From Scyliorhinus canicula (taxonomy: Eukaryota), in contig NC_052150.1 of the NCBI RefSeq assembly GCF_902713615.1, forward strand, positions 222,673,063-222,737,062: a stretch of 64,000 bases of DNA, in the 5' to 3' direction. The position numbers and the translations under genes are program-made. Position 1 is the first letter of the stretch. The number at the start of each line of letters is the position of its first letter. Below the pieces are notes generated by a model. It was given only the letters and a program-made list of their open reading frames with translations, was not told the origin of the DNA and searched no databases. Shown here one piece after another: positions 1 through 13,176 of this stretch.

Positions 1-1066
1 GAAAAGTATTCATTTAGTATCTCGCTTATCTCCTCAGCCTCCACACACAACTTCCCACCACTGTCCTTGACTGGCCCTACTCTTACCCTAGTCATTCTTT
101 TATTCCTGACATACCTATAGAAAGCTTTTGGGTTTTCCTTGATCCTACCTGCCAAAGACTTCTCATGTCCCCTCCTTGCTCGTCTCAGCTCTCTCTTTAG
201 ATCCTTCCTCGCTTCCTTGTAACTATCAAGCGCCCCAACTGAAACTTCATGCCTCATCTTCACATAGGCCTCCTTCTTCCTCTTAACAAGAGATTCCACT
301 TCTTTGGTAAACCACGGTTCCCTCGCTCGACCCCTTCCTCCCTGCCTGACTGGTACGTACTTATCAAGAACATGCAATAGCTGTTCCTTGAACAAGCTCC
401 ACATATCCAGTGTGCCCAACCCTTGCAGCCTACTTCTCCAACCAACACATCCTAAGTCATGTCTAATGGCATCATAATTGCCCTTCCCCCAGCTATAACT
501 CTTGCCCTGCGGGGTATACTTATCCCTTTCCATCACTAACGTAAAGGTCACCGAATTGTGGTCACTGTTTCCAAAGTGCTCACCTACCTCCAGATCTAAC
601 ACCTGGCCTGGTTCATTACCCAAAACCAAATCCAATGTGGCCTCGCCTCTTGTTGGCCTGTCAACATATTGTGTCAGGAAACCCTCCTGCACACATTGTA
701 CAAAGAACGACCCATCTAATGTACTCGAACTGTATCTTTTCCAGTCAATATTTGGAAAGTTAAAGTCTCCCATAACAACTACCCTGTTACTTTCGCTCTT
801 TTCCAGAATCATCTTCGCCATCCTTTCCTCTACATCCCTAGAACTATTAGGTGGCCTAAAGAAAACTCCCAACAGGGTGACATCTCCTTTCCTGTTTCTA
901 ACCTCAGCCCATACTACCTCGGGAGAAGAGTCCCCATCTAGCATCCTTTCCGCCACCGTAATACTGTCCTTGACTAGCAGCGCCACACCTCCCCCTCTTT
1001 TGCCCCCTTCTCTGAGCTTACTAAAACACCTAAACCCCGGAACCTGCAACAACCATTCCTGTCCCT
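1..1066 (-). mobile_element. CR1 LINE ORF2 endonuclease fragment
   Basis: Minus translation GGGVALLVKD...FFRPPN...MGDFNFPNIDW...LDLVLGN...SDHN. Confidence 0.85.
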
Positions 1067-3334
1067 GGAGAAGAAAGAGTACTCCCGTGCCCTTGGCCTC
1101 ACAAACCTCCATGGATCCACCCCTCCCATCTGGTCCATAAACCCCCTCAGTACCTTGGCCGCCGCCGGCCTCCTACCCATCCTTGAACTGGACCGATCCA
1201 GTGAAGGATCCAACACCGTATTGAAGTCCCCCCCCCCCATAATCAGACCTCCCGCCTCTAGATCCGGGACACGTCCCAGCATACGCCTCATAAAGCACGC
1301 ATCGTCCCAATTTGGGGCATACACACTAGCCAGTACCACCTTCTCTCCCTGTAGCCTGCCCCTAACCATAACATACCTACCCCCCTTATCCGCCACCACC
1401 TCCGATGCCTCAAACAACACATTTTTCCCCACCAGAATCGCCACTCCCCGGTTCTTCACATCCAACGCGGAGTGGAAAACCTGCCCCACCCATCCCTTCC
1501 TCAGACTGACCTGGTCCGCCACCCTCAGGTGGGTCTCCTGAAGCATTGCCACATCTGCCTTTAGCCCCCTCAGATGAGCAAGTACCCTCGACCGCTTCAC
1601 CGGCCCATTCAGTCCTCTCGCATTCCAGGTGACCAACCGGATCAGAGGGCGTCCCGCCCCCCTCCCCCGTTGACTAGCCATAGCCCGTCGACTGCCCGCC
1701 CCAGGCCAGCACCCCCTGCCCGACCCAGTCCCCACAGCGACAACACCTCTCCTCTGTCCCCCCCAGCCCCCACCAGCTCCTTCCTGACCCTGTCAGCAGC
1801 AACCCGGTATTCCCCTTTCTCCCCCTCCCTTCCCCCCCAGGCTAGGAACCCTCCCAGCCGCGAACCGTCCTCCATTGTACTTCCGTGGGTCAGCTAACTT
1901 CTGCTGACCCCGGAAACTCCCGCCAATAGCCCGACCCCTCCCGAAGTGGGATCATCCCCCATCCTGTCCCTCCTCCAGGCACCGCTCCAGCGTGGGGAAG
2001 AAGCAGTTAAGGCCCCGCCTCCCCCCGTCACCGTCTCCACCCCCCAGCCCCGCAGCGCGGGAAACCAGAGGAAAGCCCGCGCTTTCACACTGCCCCACCA
2101 CACCCTTCTGACGCAGCTCCCAAATACCAGCCCCACTCCATACCCCCAACCCGACATAGAATACAACAAACCCCCCCAACCCTCCCCGCAAGATACACAA
2201 CTCAAACAATGCCCCACAGCAAAAAAAACTGAACAACACCCCCATAAATAACCATATCAAAATTACAAAAGTACAGAAAAGCAAACACAGCAACAGCAGG
2301 AAACAGCAATAAAGCATTACAACCAACCCCGCAACCCCCAACCCCTAGTTCGAGTCCAGCTTCTCCGTCCGCACGAAGGCCCACGCCTCCTCCGGGGAAT
2401 CAAAATAATAATGCCGGTCCAAATAAGTTACCCACAAGCGTGCAGGCTGCCACATTCCAAACTTTATTTTCTTCTTATAGAGCACCTCCTTCGCCCTATT
2501 AAATCCGGACCGCCGCTTAGCCACCTCCGCACTCCAATCCTGGTAGATCCATACTACCCCATTCTCCCAATTGCTGCTCTTCACCTTCTTGGCCCAGCGC
2601 AGCACACACTCCCGATCACTGAACCGGTGGAATCTCACCAGCACCGCACGCGGGGGTTCATTCTCCTTAGGCCTCCTGGCCAGTACCTTGTGGACTCCCT
2701 CCAGCTCCAGGGGCAGATGGAAAGATCCTGCCCCCACTAGCGAGTTCAGCATCGTGGCCACGTAGGTTGTCAGATCCGACCCCTCCAGCCCCTCCGCAAG
2801 GCCCAAGATCCTCAGATTCTACCGCCTCATGCGCTGATCAAGCTCCTCGAAGCGGTCTTGCCACTTCTTGTGAAGTGCCTCGTGCCCCTCCACCTTACTC
2901 ACGAGGACCACGGCCTCCTCCTCTCGTTCAGTGGCCTGCGCCTGCAACGCCTGGATGGCAGCACCCTGGGTCGTCTGAATCTCCGAAAGCTTTTTATTCG
3001 TTTTCTGCAGAGAGCTCAGCACCTCAGCCTTGAAATCTGCAAAACAGCGCAGGAGAGCAGCTTGCTGCTTCTGCGCCCACAGCTTCCACTCCTCTGGTGC
3101 TCCGCCGGCCGCCATCTTGGAATCCTTCCCCCGTTTTTTCTGGGGAGCTGCTGCCGTTTTTTCCCCCTTTCCACTCCGAGTTCGAGTCATGAAATGTGGA
3201 GAAAGTTGATCACCACACCTTCTCCCCCCGGGAGACGTCGAAAAAATTCCGTTTTGTGCTCTAAAAAGAGCCGAAAAGTCCGTTTGAATCGGGAGCCCCC
3301 AAATGTGCGGCTTCCTATGTCATCGCCGCCACCC
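1067..3334 (-). mobile_element. L1/Tx1-clade LINE 5' half: 5'UTR, ORF1 (3190-2345, disrupted near 2819) and ORF2 endonuclease
   Basis: ORF1 coiled-coil plus RRM-like LEGVHK...PPRAVLVRFHRF; EN motifs TWNARGL, LQETHL, SVYAPN, GGDFN. Confidence 0.9.
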
Positions 3335-3335
3335 A

Positions 3336-3775
3336 TAAGTTGTAAAAAGTTGAGGCCCCGGCACTAATCCCTCTGGCACACCACTTGTTACATCCTGTCA
3401 GCCAGAAAAAGTCCCATTTATGGCTACTCTCAATTTCCTGTGAACTAGTCAATCGTCTATCCATACCAATATGTTAACCCCTACACCGTGAGCTTTTATT
3501 TTCCGCCATAACCTTTGACGCGGCACGTTATCAAATGCCTTCTGGAAATCTAAGTACAGTACATCCACCAGTTCCCCTTAATCCACAGCACATGTGACTC
3601 CTTCAGTGAGATAAACTGGTCAAACATGATTTCCCTTTCACAAAACCATGTAGACTCTGCCTGATTACCTTGAATATTTCCAAGTGCCCTGCTATAACAT
3701 CTTTAATAATAGCTTCTAACAGTTTCCCTATGACAGATGTTAAGCTAACTGGTCTATAGTTTCCTGCTTTCTGTC
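3336..3775 (-). mobile_element. CR1 reverse transcriptase fragment
   Basis: Minus translation includes YRPVSLT and DVLYLDFQKAFD. Confidence 0.75.
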
Positions 3776-3900
3776 TCATTCACCTGATGAAGGAGCTCCG
3801 AAAGCTAGTGATTTGAAACAAACATGTTGGACTTTAACCTGGTGTTGTAAGACTTCTTACTGTGCTCACCCCTGTCCAACGCCGGCATCTCCAAATCATG
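3776..3900 (+). mobile_element. Penelope-like pLTR fragment with minimal hammerhead ribozyme motif (3778-3812)
   Basis: TTCAC-CTGATGA-A-GGAGCTCC-GAAA-GC-TA-GTGA; same family as the copies at 31.5 kb and 34.9 kb. Confidence 0.7.
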
Positions 3901-4089
3901 GCTTCAAATATCTTCTGAGCTCAGCCGCCCTCCATACTTTATCCCCAACCCTGGACATCAGTCTGTCGATGCTCCATGCTGACTTCACCAGACCTACGCC
4001 AGCTTTATCCCACCACGGGACCTCTGACTTTAATTATTTTGTACGCCACATTTCTGTTTATAAAATGAAGGACTCTATCTACTTTACTT

Positions 4090-5040
4090 TTTAAACAAAA
4101 TAATTTTTATTCAAATTTGCAACAAATTTTAACCAACAAAACGGAAGAAAAGAGAAAAAAACAGCAAACCCCACCCCCAATACAGAAGCAATAAATTAAC
4201 AATAATAATTAAATAACATGGAAACAAATGCCCATACCCAGTAAAGAACCCCCCCTGCCCATCACCCCCCCGGGTTGCTGCTGAAGTTGACCGCCCCCTC
4301 ATGCTCCGCCAGGAAGTCTAGAAAAGGCTGCCACCGCCGGAAGAACCCGTGCACCGACCCCCCTCAGGGCAGACTTGACCCTCTCCAGTTTAATGAACCC
4401 GGCCATGTCGCTGATCCAGGATTCCGCGCTCGGGGGCCTCGCATCCCTCCACTCCCCTAGATCCTTTGCTGGGCTACTAGGGACGCAAAGGCTAGGACAC
4501 CAGCCTCTCTCGCCTCCTGCCCTCCCGACTTCGCTGCCACCCCAAAAATTGCGAGCCCCCAACCCGGCTCAACCCTGGAGCCAACCACCCTTGACAGGGT
4601 CTCCGCGACGCCCCTCCAAAAGCCCTCCTACGCAGGGCACACCCAAAACATGTGGGTGTGATTTGCTGGGCTCCCCGAGCACCTAACCCACCTGTCCTCT
4701 CCCCCAAAGAACCGGTTTAGCCTTGTCCCAGTCATGTGCGCCCTATGCAGCACCTTTAGTTGAATCAAATTAAGCCTCGCGCAGGAGGAGGAGGAATTCA
4801 CCCTCCCCAGGGTATCCGCCCACGTCCCCTCATCAATCTCCTCTCCCAGCTCCTCCTCCCACTTATCCTTCAGCTCCTCCACCGAGGCCTCCTCCCCCTC
4901 CTGCATCACGAGGTAGATTGCCGAGATCCTCCCCCCCTCACCAACCCACGTCCCCGAGAGCATCTTTCCTGAACCCCCCTTGGCGGCAACAGTGGAAACT
5001 CCACCACCTGCCGCCTAACAAACACCCTTACCTGCATGTA
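4090..5040 (-). mobile_element. L1/Tx1 ORF2 3' fragment with 3'UTR
   Basis: KWEEELG...IQLKVLHRAH...RCSGSPANHTHMFWVC; T-rich tail on the plus strand. Confidence 0.85.
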
Positions 5041-5799
5041 TCTATCTACTTTACTAACTGTTGTTTGTTAACCTGTCAAGCCACTTTCAAAGATTTGTAC
5101 GTAAACTCTCGAGTCCTTTATACGACAATCGCAGCATTTCACTTCCAATATCTCTCCTAACTAATTCTGCCTGCCTCCCATGATTTCCTGCATTGCATTT
5201 CGTCTTCCAATTGACCACCCAGTCCACCGGCCTAGATCAACAGAAATTTCCTCCAGCTAAATATATTGGAAGCTATTGCCTTCCCAGCACAGGCCTTCAA
5301 CCTCGTTCCCTCACCACTGACTCTATCCCTCTCCTTGGCCATTCTGTGTAGCTGAACCAGACCATTCTTAACTTTTGCTGTCCTATTTGACCCTGAGATG
5401 AACTTCCGACCACTGATCTGCGCCATCACGAAGGCCGTCTATTTCCAATACTGCGACATCGCCTGACCCCCCACCTCTATCTGAGCTCATCTGCTGCGGA
5501 AACCTCCACCCACTCCAGACCGGAGTATTCCAAAGCACTCCTGGTCAACTTCCCATCTTCCATTGATATGAGGTCACCCATTTCCTGTCTCACCATTCAC
5601 CCAGCTTCCTCCTTTTGACCTACATTCCTGATTTGGCAACACTTGTGGTTTTAAAATTCTCATCTTTGTTTTCAAATGCGTCCATGGTTTGTCCCTCCTC
5701 ATCTTTATAACCTCCTCCAGCTTGATAACTCCCCCAGCTATCTACAGTCATCCCACTCTGGCTTCTTGTGCATTCCCACGATTTTAATCTTTCCATCCT

Positions 5800-6625
5800 T
5801 CAGCTATCCAAAACTCTCCATGGAATCCCATCAATTTTGCACAGACCCTCCAGAAAATCACTCTACCGAGGCCCACCCCCCCACTTCCATGACCCCGTGC
5901 ATTGATCATGGCCAATCCACCTAACCTGCACATCTTTGGACTGTGGGAGGAAACCGGGGCACCCGGAGGAAACCCACGCAGACACGGCGAGAACGTGCAA
6001 ACTCCACACAGCCACCCAAGGCTGGAATTGAACCTGGATCCCTGGCGCTGAGAGGCAGCAATGCCACTCATTAGGGCAGCACAGTGGGAAGCACTGTTGC
6101 TTCACAGCTCCAGGGTCCCAGGTTCCTGCATGGGCAGCACGGTAGCACAGCGAATAGCATTGTGGCTTCACAGCTCCAGGGTCCCAGGTTCGATTCCCCG
6201 CTGGGTCACTGTCTGTGCGGAGTCTACATGTTCTCCCCGTGTGTGTGTGTGGGTTTCCTCCCGGTGCTCCGGTTTCCTCCCACAGTCCAAACACGTGCAG
6301 GTTAGGTGGATTGGCCATGCTAAATTGCCCTTAGTGTCCAAAGGGTTAGATGGGGTTATTGGGTTATGGTGGAAGTGATGGCTTAAGTGGGTCGGTGCAG
6401 ACCCGATGGGCCGAATAGCCTCCTTCTGCACTGTATGTTCTATGTTCCTCCGGGTGCTCCGGTTTCCTCCCACAAGACTCGAAAGATATGTTAGGTGAAT
6501 TAGACATTCTGAATTCTCCCTCTGTGTACCCGAACAGGTGCCGGAATGTGGCGACTAGGGGCTTTTCACAGTAACTTCATTGCAGTGTTAATGTAAGCCT
6601 ACTTGTGACAATAAAAATTATTAAA
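5800..6625. mobile_element. Cluster of HE1/V-SINE copies (one minus, then partial and full plus copies)
   Basis: tRNA-like head (GGTTCGATTCC B box) and V-domain GGGTTTCCTCCGGGTGCTCCGGTTTCCTCCCAC. Confidence 0.85.
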
Positions 6626-6699
6626 ATCTGAGCAACTTCTTAAAACTACCACTTCTGACTCAGCATTTTTGTCCATTTGTCCCATTACTGTGGCTCAAT

Positions 6700-8140
6700 C
6701 CAAGATTCCTGTTCCTACTTCAGCGTCTTCCGACTTTCCCACCAAATAATTTTTCTGGGGTGGTGGAGCAGCTCAGATCAGGCTTCACATGGACAGGAAA
6801 AACTCTGAGGATTCGGACGGGTATCCTCCAGAGAGATAGACAATCAGGGGGGCCCCGCTCTGACATTTTATTACTGGGCTGTGAACGCAGGTGTGAGGGC
6901 CCAGGATCTACCGGGGCCCAGTTTGGGAGCACTGGTGACGCCTTCACTTCCATTTGCTCCGGCAAAGTACTCGTCACAGCCGGCTGTTGTCTCCACTTTA
7001 AAAATATGGAGGCAACTAACTCCGTCAGCATTTCAAGCTGGGATCGGTGCCAAGGCTGGCCCCTATTTTTGGTAACCACCTGTTCGAGCAGGCAAGATTA
7101 GATGCCACGTTTGGGGTACGGAATAGGCTGGAGAGAGTGTGCGATCTATTCCTGGAGGGCCGGTTTGCCAGCCTGGAGGAATTGAAAGAGAAATTCAGGC
7201 TCTTTAGGTATCTGCAGACACAAAATTTTGTTAAGACCAATGTTCCTAGTGCGGCCACCATCTTACTTATTGGAGGAGGTCTTTTCCAGTTCGAGGTCAG
7301 TACGGCCGGCATGTACGGCTGGGTTGGGGGGGCAGGATTCAGACTCGGCAGAGCGGGTGAAGGCCAGATGGGAGGAGGAGCAGGGGCCTATAGTGGAGGA
7401 AGAGGTGTGGAGTCAGGCCCTTCGTAGGGTGAACGCCGAGCCTGATAATAACAATAATCGCTTATTGTCACAAGTAGGCTTCAGTGCAGTTACTGTGAAA
7501 AGCCCCTAGTCGCCACATTCCGGCGCCTGTCCGGGGAGGCCGGTACAGGAATTGAACCCGTGCTGCTGGTCTTGTTCTGCATTGCAAGCCAGCTGTTTAG
7601 CCCACTGTGCTAAACCAGCCCCTCAATGATCCAGCTCAAGGTAGTGTTGAGGACGCACCTTACTATAGCCAGAGTGAGTTGGTTCTTTGCAGGGGTTGAG
7701 GAAGGTGCGAGTGCTGTTCAAGGAGGTCCAGGCTTGTAGGTCTTCTTGTCAGCGATCCTGTCCTTAAGTGGCTATATTTGGGGTTTTGGATGTGCCGGAA
7801 CTGCGGATGGTGCAGGGGACGATGTCCTTGATTGTTCGGAGGCACGTCCTGCTGAGTTGGAGGTTGGCGGTGCCACCTGATGCTCAGCGTGGCTAGGGCA
7901 CTAATGGAATTTTTGCACCACGAGGAGGGCAAATACATCGCGAGGGGGGACAATCGAAGGGATCCACCACAAATTGCAACCATACTATGTTTCAGGGAAT
8001 TGGACACTGTTAGCTGCTAGAGGGGGGTAGGCTGGGGGGATTCTAGAGGGAGGGGGATTGTGTAGATTAGTTTCTTTTTAGGTTTAGTTACTGTTGTATT
8101 TTTATACAAGATGACGAAAGCTTATTGTTTGATTTAATGT
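6700..8140 (+). mobile_element. Degenerate L1/Tx1 ORF2 3' fragment with a SINE inserted at ~7443-7622
   Basis: FASLEELKEKF..FRYLQ and RWEEEQG peptides, similar to the 57-kb element. Confidence 0.75.
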
Positions 8141-9689
8141 GGCTCAATGTCAAATGTCAGTGAATGCTTGCAGCACAGAAAAGGGCGACCAGATGAAAAA
8201 CGAGACAGCCAGCCTATTCCCACTTTCTGGCATTTGGTCCATATCCCTGCACTCGAGGTGCAAATCCAGACAATGTTTAAACAAGTTCTGGGTTTCTGCC
8301 TCCGCTACCCCTTCAGGCAGTGAGTTTTTTTTCAAATTTAGAGCATCCATTTCATTTTCTCCAATTAAGGGGCAATTTAGCATGGCCAATCCACCTATCC
8401 TGCACATCTTTTGGGTTGTGGGGGCGAAACCCACGGGGAGAATGTGCAAACTCCACACAGTGACCCAGAACCGGGATCGAACCTGGGTTCAGGTAGTGAG
8501 TTTGACTCCCACAACCCTCTGGGTGGAACGATTTTTGTCATCTTTATATGTCCATAGTCACTGACCTTTCTGCTGGAGTAAATAGGCCCCTTCCATCCAC
8601 TCGATGCAGGCCCCACACAAATTTGTACATCTCCCTTCAGCCTCCTGTTCCAAGGAGAACAACCCCACACTCTCCTGGCAACATCCGCGTAAATCTCCTC
8701 CTGACCCTCTCTCCTGCAATGTAATCCGGTTATGAGACCAGAACTGCACACAGTGCCCAAGTTATGGCCTAATGTTTTATAAGGTACCAGCATAACCTCC
8801 CTGCTCTTCTAGTCTATACGTTGGCTGATGGATGGAAGGAGTGCATATGCCTTCTTAACCACCTTATCATCCTTTCCTGACACCTTCAGGGATCTGTGGA
8901 GACTCACTCCAGGGTGTCTCGCTTCCTCTACACCGCTCATGTTGTTTGAAAATGTTCCTGTAAACCACCATGGGACATTTTTTTTTAAATTTAGAGTACC
9001 CGATTATTTTTTTCCAATTAAGGGACAATTTAGTGTGGCCAATCCGGCACATCTTTGGGTTGTGGGGGTGAGACCAACGCAGACACAGGGAGAATGTGCA
9101 AACTCCACACAGGGCCGGGATTCGAACCCGGGTCCTCAGCGCCGCAGGCAGCAATGCTAACCACTGTGGCACCATGTAGCCTCCCATTGGACGTTTTACT
9201 ACATTGAAGGTGCTAATATAAATACAAGTTATTTTGTGTGCTTGTACAGAATCATTGAAAGTTACAGCCCAGAGACACTCAGCACACCAGGTCTCATAAA
9301 ATTTCAATCTGGCTTGTTTAATGCTTGTTTGGGCAGCACGGTGTCAGTGGTTAGCACTGCTATCTCAAGAGCACCCAGTAAATTGGCCCAATTCTGAGTG
9401 ACTGTTGTCTGGGAAGTCTGCACGTTCTCCCCGTGTCTGTGTGGGTTTCCTCCCAGTCCTAAGATGTGCAGGATAGGTGGGGTTACGGGGATAGGTCTGG
9501 GGAGGGTGTTCTTTCAGAGGGCGTGTAGGCACGATGGGCCAAATGGCCTCCTTCTGTAGTGTAAGGATTCTACCCTCCTCCTTGCTCCCTCTTTGAAAGC
9601 AAGCTTTGACTTTGCTCATTTGAAGGATTTCTCATCTTAAGTGTGTGAATGTTGACTGGGTCTGAGCAACACAAATCCAATCTTTTTTC

Positions 9690-9890
9690 CCCAGGATGAC
9701 CCAAAGCACTTTACAGCCAATTGAGTATCGTGGAGGGTTCGATTCCAATGCAGGAGACGCAGCAGCCAAGTCGCACACCAATCTCCCACAAACAGCAACA
9801 TGGTTAGATTCTGTGATGCTGATTTAAGAGATATAGGCCAGGGATAACGCCACTTTGTAATTGTGTCACGAGATCTTTACACCCACTGGA
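9690..9890 (-). mobile_element. DeuSINE (SacSINE/AmnSINE-like) relic, continued at ~10690-10750 past the CR1
   Basis: CCCAAAGCACTTTACAGCCAAT...ATCTCCCACAAACAGCAA resembles the Deu domain and tail. Confidence 0.55.
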
Positions 9891-9892
9891 AT

Positions 9893-10640
9893 AAGTCATA
9901 AGAACTAGGAGCAGGAGTAGGCCATCTGGCCCCTCGAGCCTGCTCCGCCATTCAATGAGATCATGGCTGATCTTTTGTGGACTCAGCTCCACTTTCCGGC
10001 CCGAACACCATAACCCTTAATCCCTTTATTCTTCAAAAAACTATCTATCTTTACCTTAAAAACATGTAATGAAGGAGCCTCAACTGCTTCACTGGGCAAG
10101 GAATTCCATAGATTCACAACCCTTTGGGTGAAGAAGTTCCTCCTAAACTCAGTTCTAAATCTACTTCCCCTTATTTTGAGGCTATGCCCCCTAGTTCTGC
10201 TGTCACCCGCCAGTGGAAACAACCTGCCCGCATCTATCCTATCTATTCCCTTCATAATTTTAAATGTTTCTATAAGATCCCCCCTCATCCTTCTAAATTC
10301 CAACGAGTACAGTCCCAGTCTACTCAACCTCTCCTCATAATCCAACCCCTTCAGCTCTGGGATTAACCTAGTGAATCTCCTCTGCACACCCTCCAGCGCC
10401 AGTACGTCCTTTCTCAAGTAAGGAGACCAAAACTGAACACAATACTCCAGGTGTGGCCGCACTAACACCTTATACAATTGCAACATAACCTCCCTAGTCT
10501 TAAACTCCATCCCTCTAGCAGTGAAGGACAAAATTCCATTTGCCTTCTTAATCACCTGTTGCACTTGTAAACCAACCTTCTGTGACTCATGCACTAGCAC
10601 ACCCAAGTCTCTCTGAACAGCGGCATGCTTTAATATTTTA
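9893..10640 (-). mobile_element. Young 5'-truncated CR1 (open 207-aa ORF2 C-terminus plus 3'UTR)
   Basis: LYKVLVRPHLEYCVQFWSP...FFTQRVVNLWNSLP with no stops. Confidence 0.92.
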
Positions 10641-11164
10641 TCGAAATATTAGCAATCAGCAATATTAGCAATCAGGAATCAGCAATAGCGACCTCATTTT
10701 AACATCGAATATGAAATATAGTCCCTCCGGCAGTGCAGCACCCCTTCAATATTGCTGCATTTCCTAAATTACATCATGGTCTAGCTTCAAATTTGATTCA
10801 TTTATTTTGAAACAGAATGTGGACGTCACTGGCCAACATTTATTGCCCATGTCTTATTGCCCTTGTGGTGGTAGTGGGCTGCCCTCTGAACCACTGCAGT
10901 CCGAGGTGTAGGTACAACCACAGTGCTGTTAGGGAGGGTGTTACAGTATTTTGACTCAGCGACAGTGAAGGAACGGCTGATATATTTCTAAGCCAGGCTG
11001 GTGAGTGACATGGAAGGGAACCTCCAGGTGATGGTGTTGCGTGTGTGAGAGTGCGGGTGTGACACACGAGGACCCTCGAGGTACACAGCCAGTGGGGTGG
11101 CCACATCCCTGGGGTCAACTCTCCACCCATAAAAGCCGCAATACCAGGTCATCATTACATTGCA

Positions 11165-11283
11165 GTCCGAGGGATCTTACTGTGCACTAATTGGCTCTCA
11201 TTTCCTACATTACAACAGTGACTACACTTCAAAAGAATTTAATTGGCTATAAAGTGCTTTAGAAAAACCAGAGGTCTTGAAAG
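11165..11283 (+). mobile_element. DeuSINE 3' relic
   Basis: GGGATCTTACTGTGCAC...TTACAACAGTGACTACACTTCAAAAG. Confidence 0.55.
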
Positions 11284-11284
11284 A

Positions 11285-11792
11285 TCATAGAATTTACAGC
11301 GCAGGAGGCCATTCAGCCCATCGAGTCTGCACCGGCTCTTGGAAAGAGCACCCTACCCAAGCCCACACCTCCACCCTATCTCCATAACCCAGTAACCCCA
11401 CCCAACACTAAGGGCAATTTTGGACACCAAGGTTAATTTATCAAGGCCAATCCACCTAACCTGCACATCTTTGGACTGTGGGATGAAACCGGAAGCACTC
11501 GGAGGAGACCCATGCACACACGGGTAGAACGTGCAGACTCCGCACAGACAGTGACCCAAGCCAGGAATCGAACCTGGGACCCTGGAGCTGTGAAGCAATT
11601 GTGCTAACCACTATGCTACTGCGCTGCCCTAATCGCTTATTGTCACAAGTAGGCTTCAATGAAGTTACTGTGAAAAATCCCTGGTCGCCACATTCCGGCG
11701 CCTGTTCGGGGAGGCTGGTACAGGAATTGAACCCGCGCTGCTGGCCTGGTTCTGCATTACAAGCCAGCTGTTTAGCCCACTGCGCCAAACCA
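11285..11792 (-). mobile_element. Full HE1/V-SINE followed by a second tRNA-derived SINE family copy
   Basis: The second family ends GGCGCCGGAATGTGGCGAC...ACAATAAGCGATT; other copies at ~7443, 17585, 31711, 34560 and 39595. Confidence 0.85.
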
Positions 11793-12069
11793 GTCAGTCT
11801 GTCAGCATCTAGTGCTCCAAGATTACAGTATTGATTACAGTAGTTATTTTTGAAATTGGTTGGTTGCTCCTTTCGAACAGGCATTTGTTGGTCACGTGGC
11901 AGCCACCTGTTCCGTAGACCCCTTGGGCACTCTTCACTGAGGCCTAGTTTGGTAACCCCTGCGGCAAAAAATTTAAATTATGTGCCCAGAGTAAGTTTAA
12001 TGGCAGAATCAAGACAGCTCCCTCTAAAAACAAAGTCATGAAAGCAAGATGCACTTGGTCGGGTAAAAA

Positions 12070-13040
12070 TTCAAAATGGAGGACAGAATTCACAGCCTGA
12101 CGTTGTGGAACTGACGTTGAGTCCACAAGGCTGTGAAGTGCCTAACTGGAAGAGGAGGTGCTGTGCCCCAAGCCTGTGTTGGGATCCATTGGGACAGTGC
12201 AACAGACCAAGGACAAATGTGTGTGTGAGAGTAACCTGCGAATTGGCAAACAAAGGGTCGCCGAGAGGAGGTGCTCCACAAAGCGGAGCTCAGTTTGGGT
12301 TTGGTTTCCCCAGCGTAGAGGAAACGGTACCGTGAGCAGCTAACACAGTAGGCTACATGGAGTACAAACAAATCACTTTCACCTGGATGTTGAGGAGAGG
12401 GGTGAAAGGGGCAGCTGTGACACCGCTTGCAATTGCATGGTAAGGTGCAGTGGGGAAGGGGACAAGCTGTTGTAAATTACAGAGCGGACCAGTCACTCTC
12501 CTGCCCTCTCAGGCACCCCCTGGCCACCTCCCTTTTGTTCTACCTGATCTGCACCCCCCACCCCCTCCCCCCCCCACTGTTCATGCCTTATTAAACCGCA
12601 TCAACACCATCACATTTCTACCCATCTTCATTTCTGAAGAGTCATATTAGCCTCAAAATGTTAATTCAGTTTCTCTCTCCACAAATGTTCTATTGTTGAA
12701 CTCAATGTTGAGTCCGGAAGGCTGTAAAATGCCTTAACAAAAGATGGGGTTGCTGCTCCTCGAACTTGCTTTGAGCCTCACTGGAATAGTGCAGAGGACT
12801 GAGGGCAGAGAGCAAGAGTGACCACAGGGCAGATCAAGTGACTGGATGGTCAGGGTCCTGCTTGCGAGCTGAATGGTAGCACCCCACAAAGTGGTCATCC
12901 AGTCTGCGTTTCGCCTCCCCAGTGTAGAGACCACTGCACGGTGAGTGACAACTAAATTGAAAGCAGGAGACACAACCGCAGCTTCGCCCGGGAGGTGTCG
13001 CTTGGGGCCAGGTAGAGAGAGAAGGGAGGAAGTAAAAGGG
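12070..13040. mobile_element. Penelope-like element relics (GIY-YIG fragments on minus, inverted pLTR on plus ~12490-12690)
   Basis: YCVSCSRYRFLYAGETK and CSGLYTGEAKRRLDDHF peptides; decayed hammerhead CTGAAGA...CTCAAAATGTTAA at ~12634-12664. Confidence 0.7.
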
Positions 13041-13101
13041 GCGTTATATCTCCTGGTGAGTTCAATAAAGGACTAGACGGGAAAGATAATTCAATCCCTT
13101 C

Positions 13102-13107
13102 TTTATT
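13102..13107 (-). terminator. EEF1D polyadenylation signal AATAAA
   Basis: AATAAA 30 nt after the stop codon, implying a very short 3'UTR. Confidence 0.8.
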
Positions 13108-13137
13108 CATCTAACTCTGGGAAAGATTCAGCAGTCT

Positions 13138-13176
13138 TTAGATCTTGTTAAAGGCAGCAACATCTACGCTTTGCAC
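13138..13176 (-). CDS. EEF1D: EEF1D last coding exon VQSVDVAAFNKI*
   Basis: TTTTCAG|GTG...ATC TAA; canonical C-terminus. Confidence 0.97.
   Translation of the reverse strand: MQSVDVAAFNKI

Noticed and set aside
6132-6210. tRNA genes at SINE heads (many copies)
   Set aside because: A/B boxes continue into SINE bodies; no complete cloverleaf.
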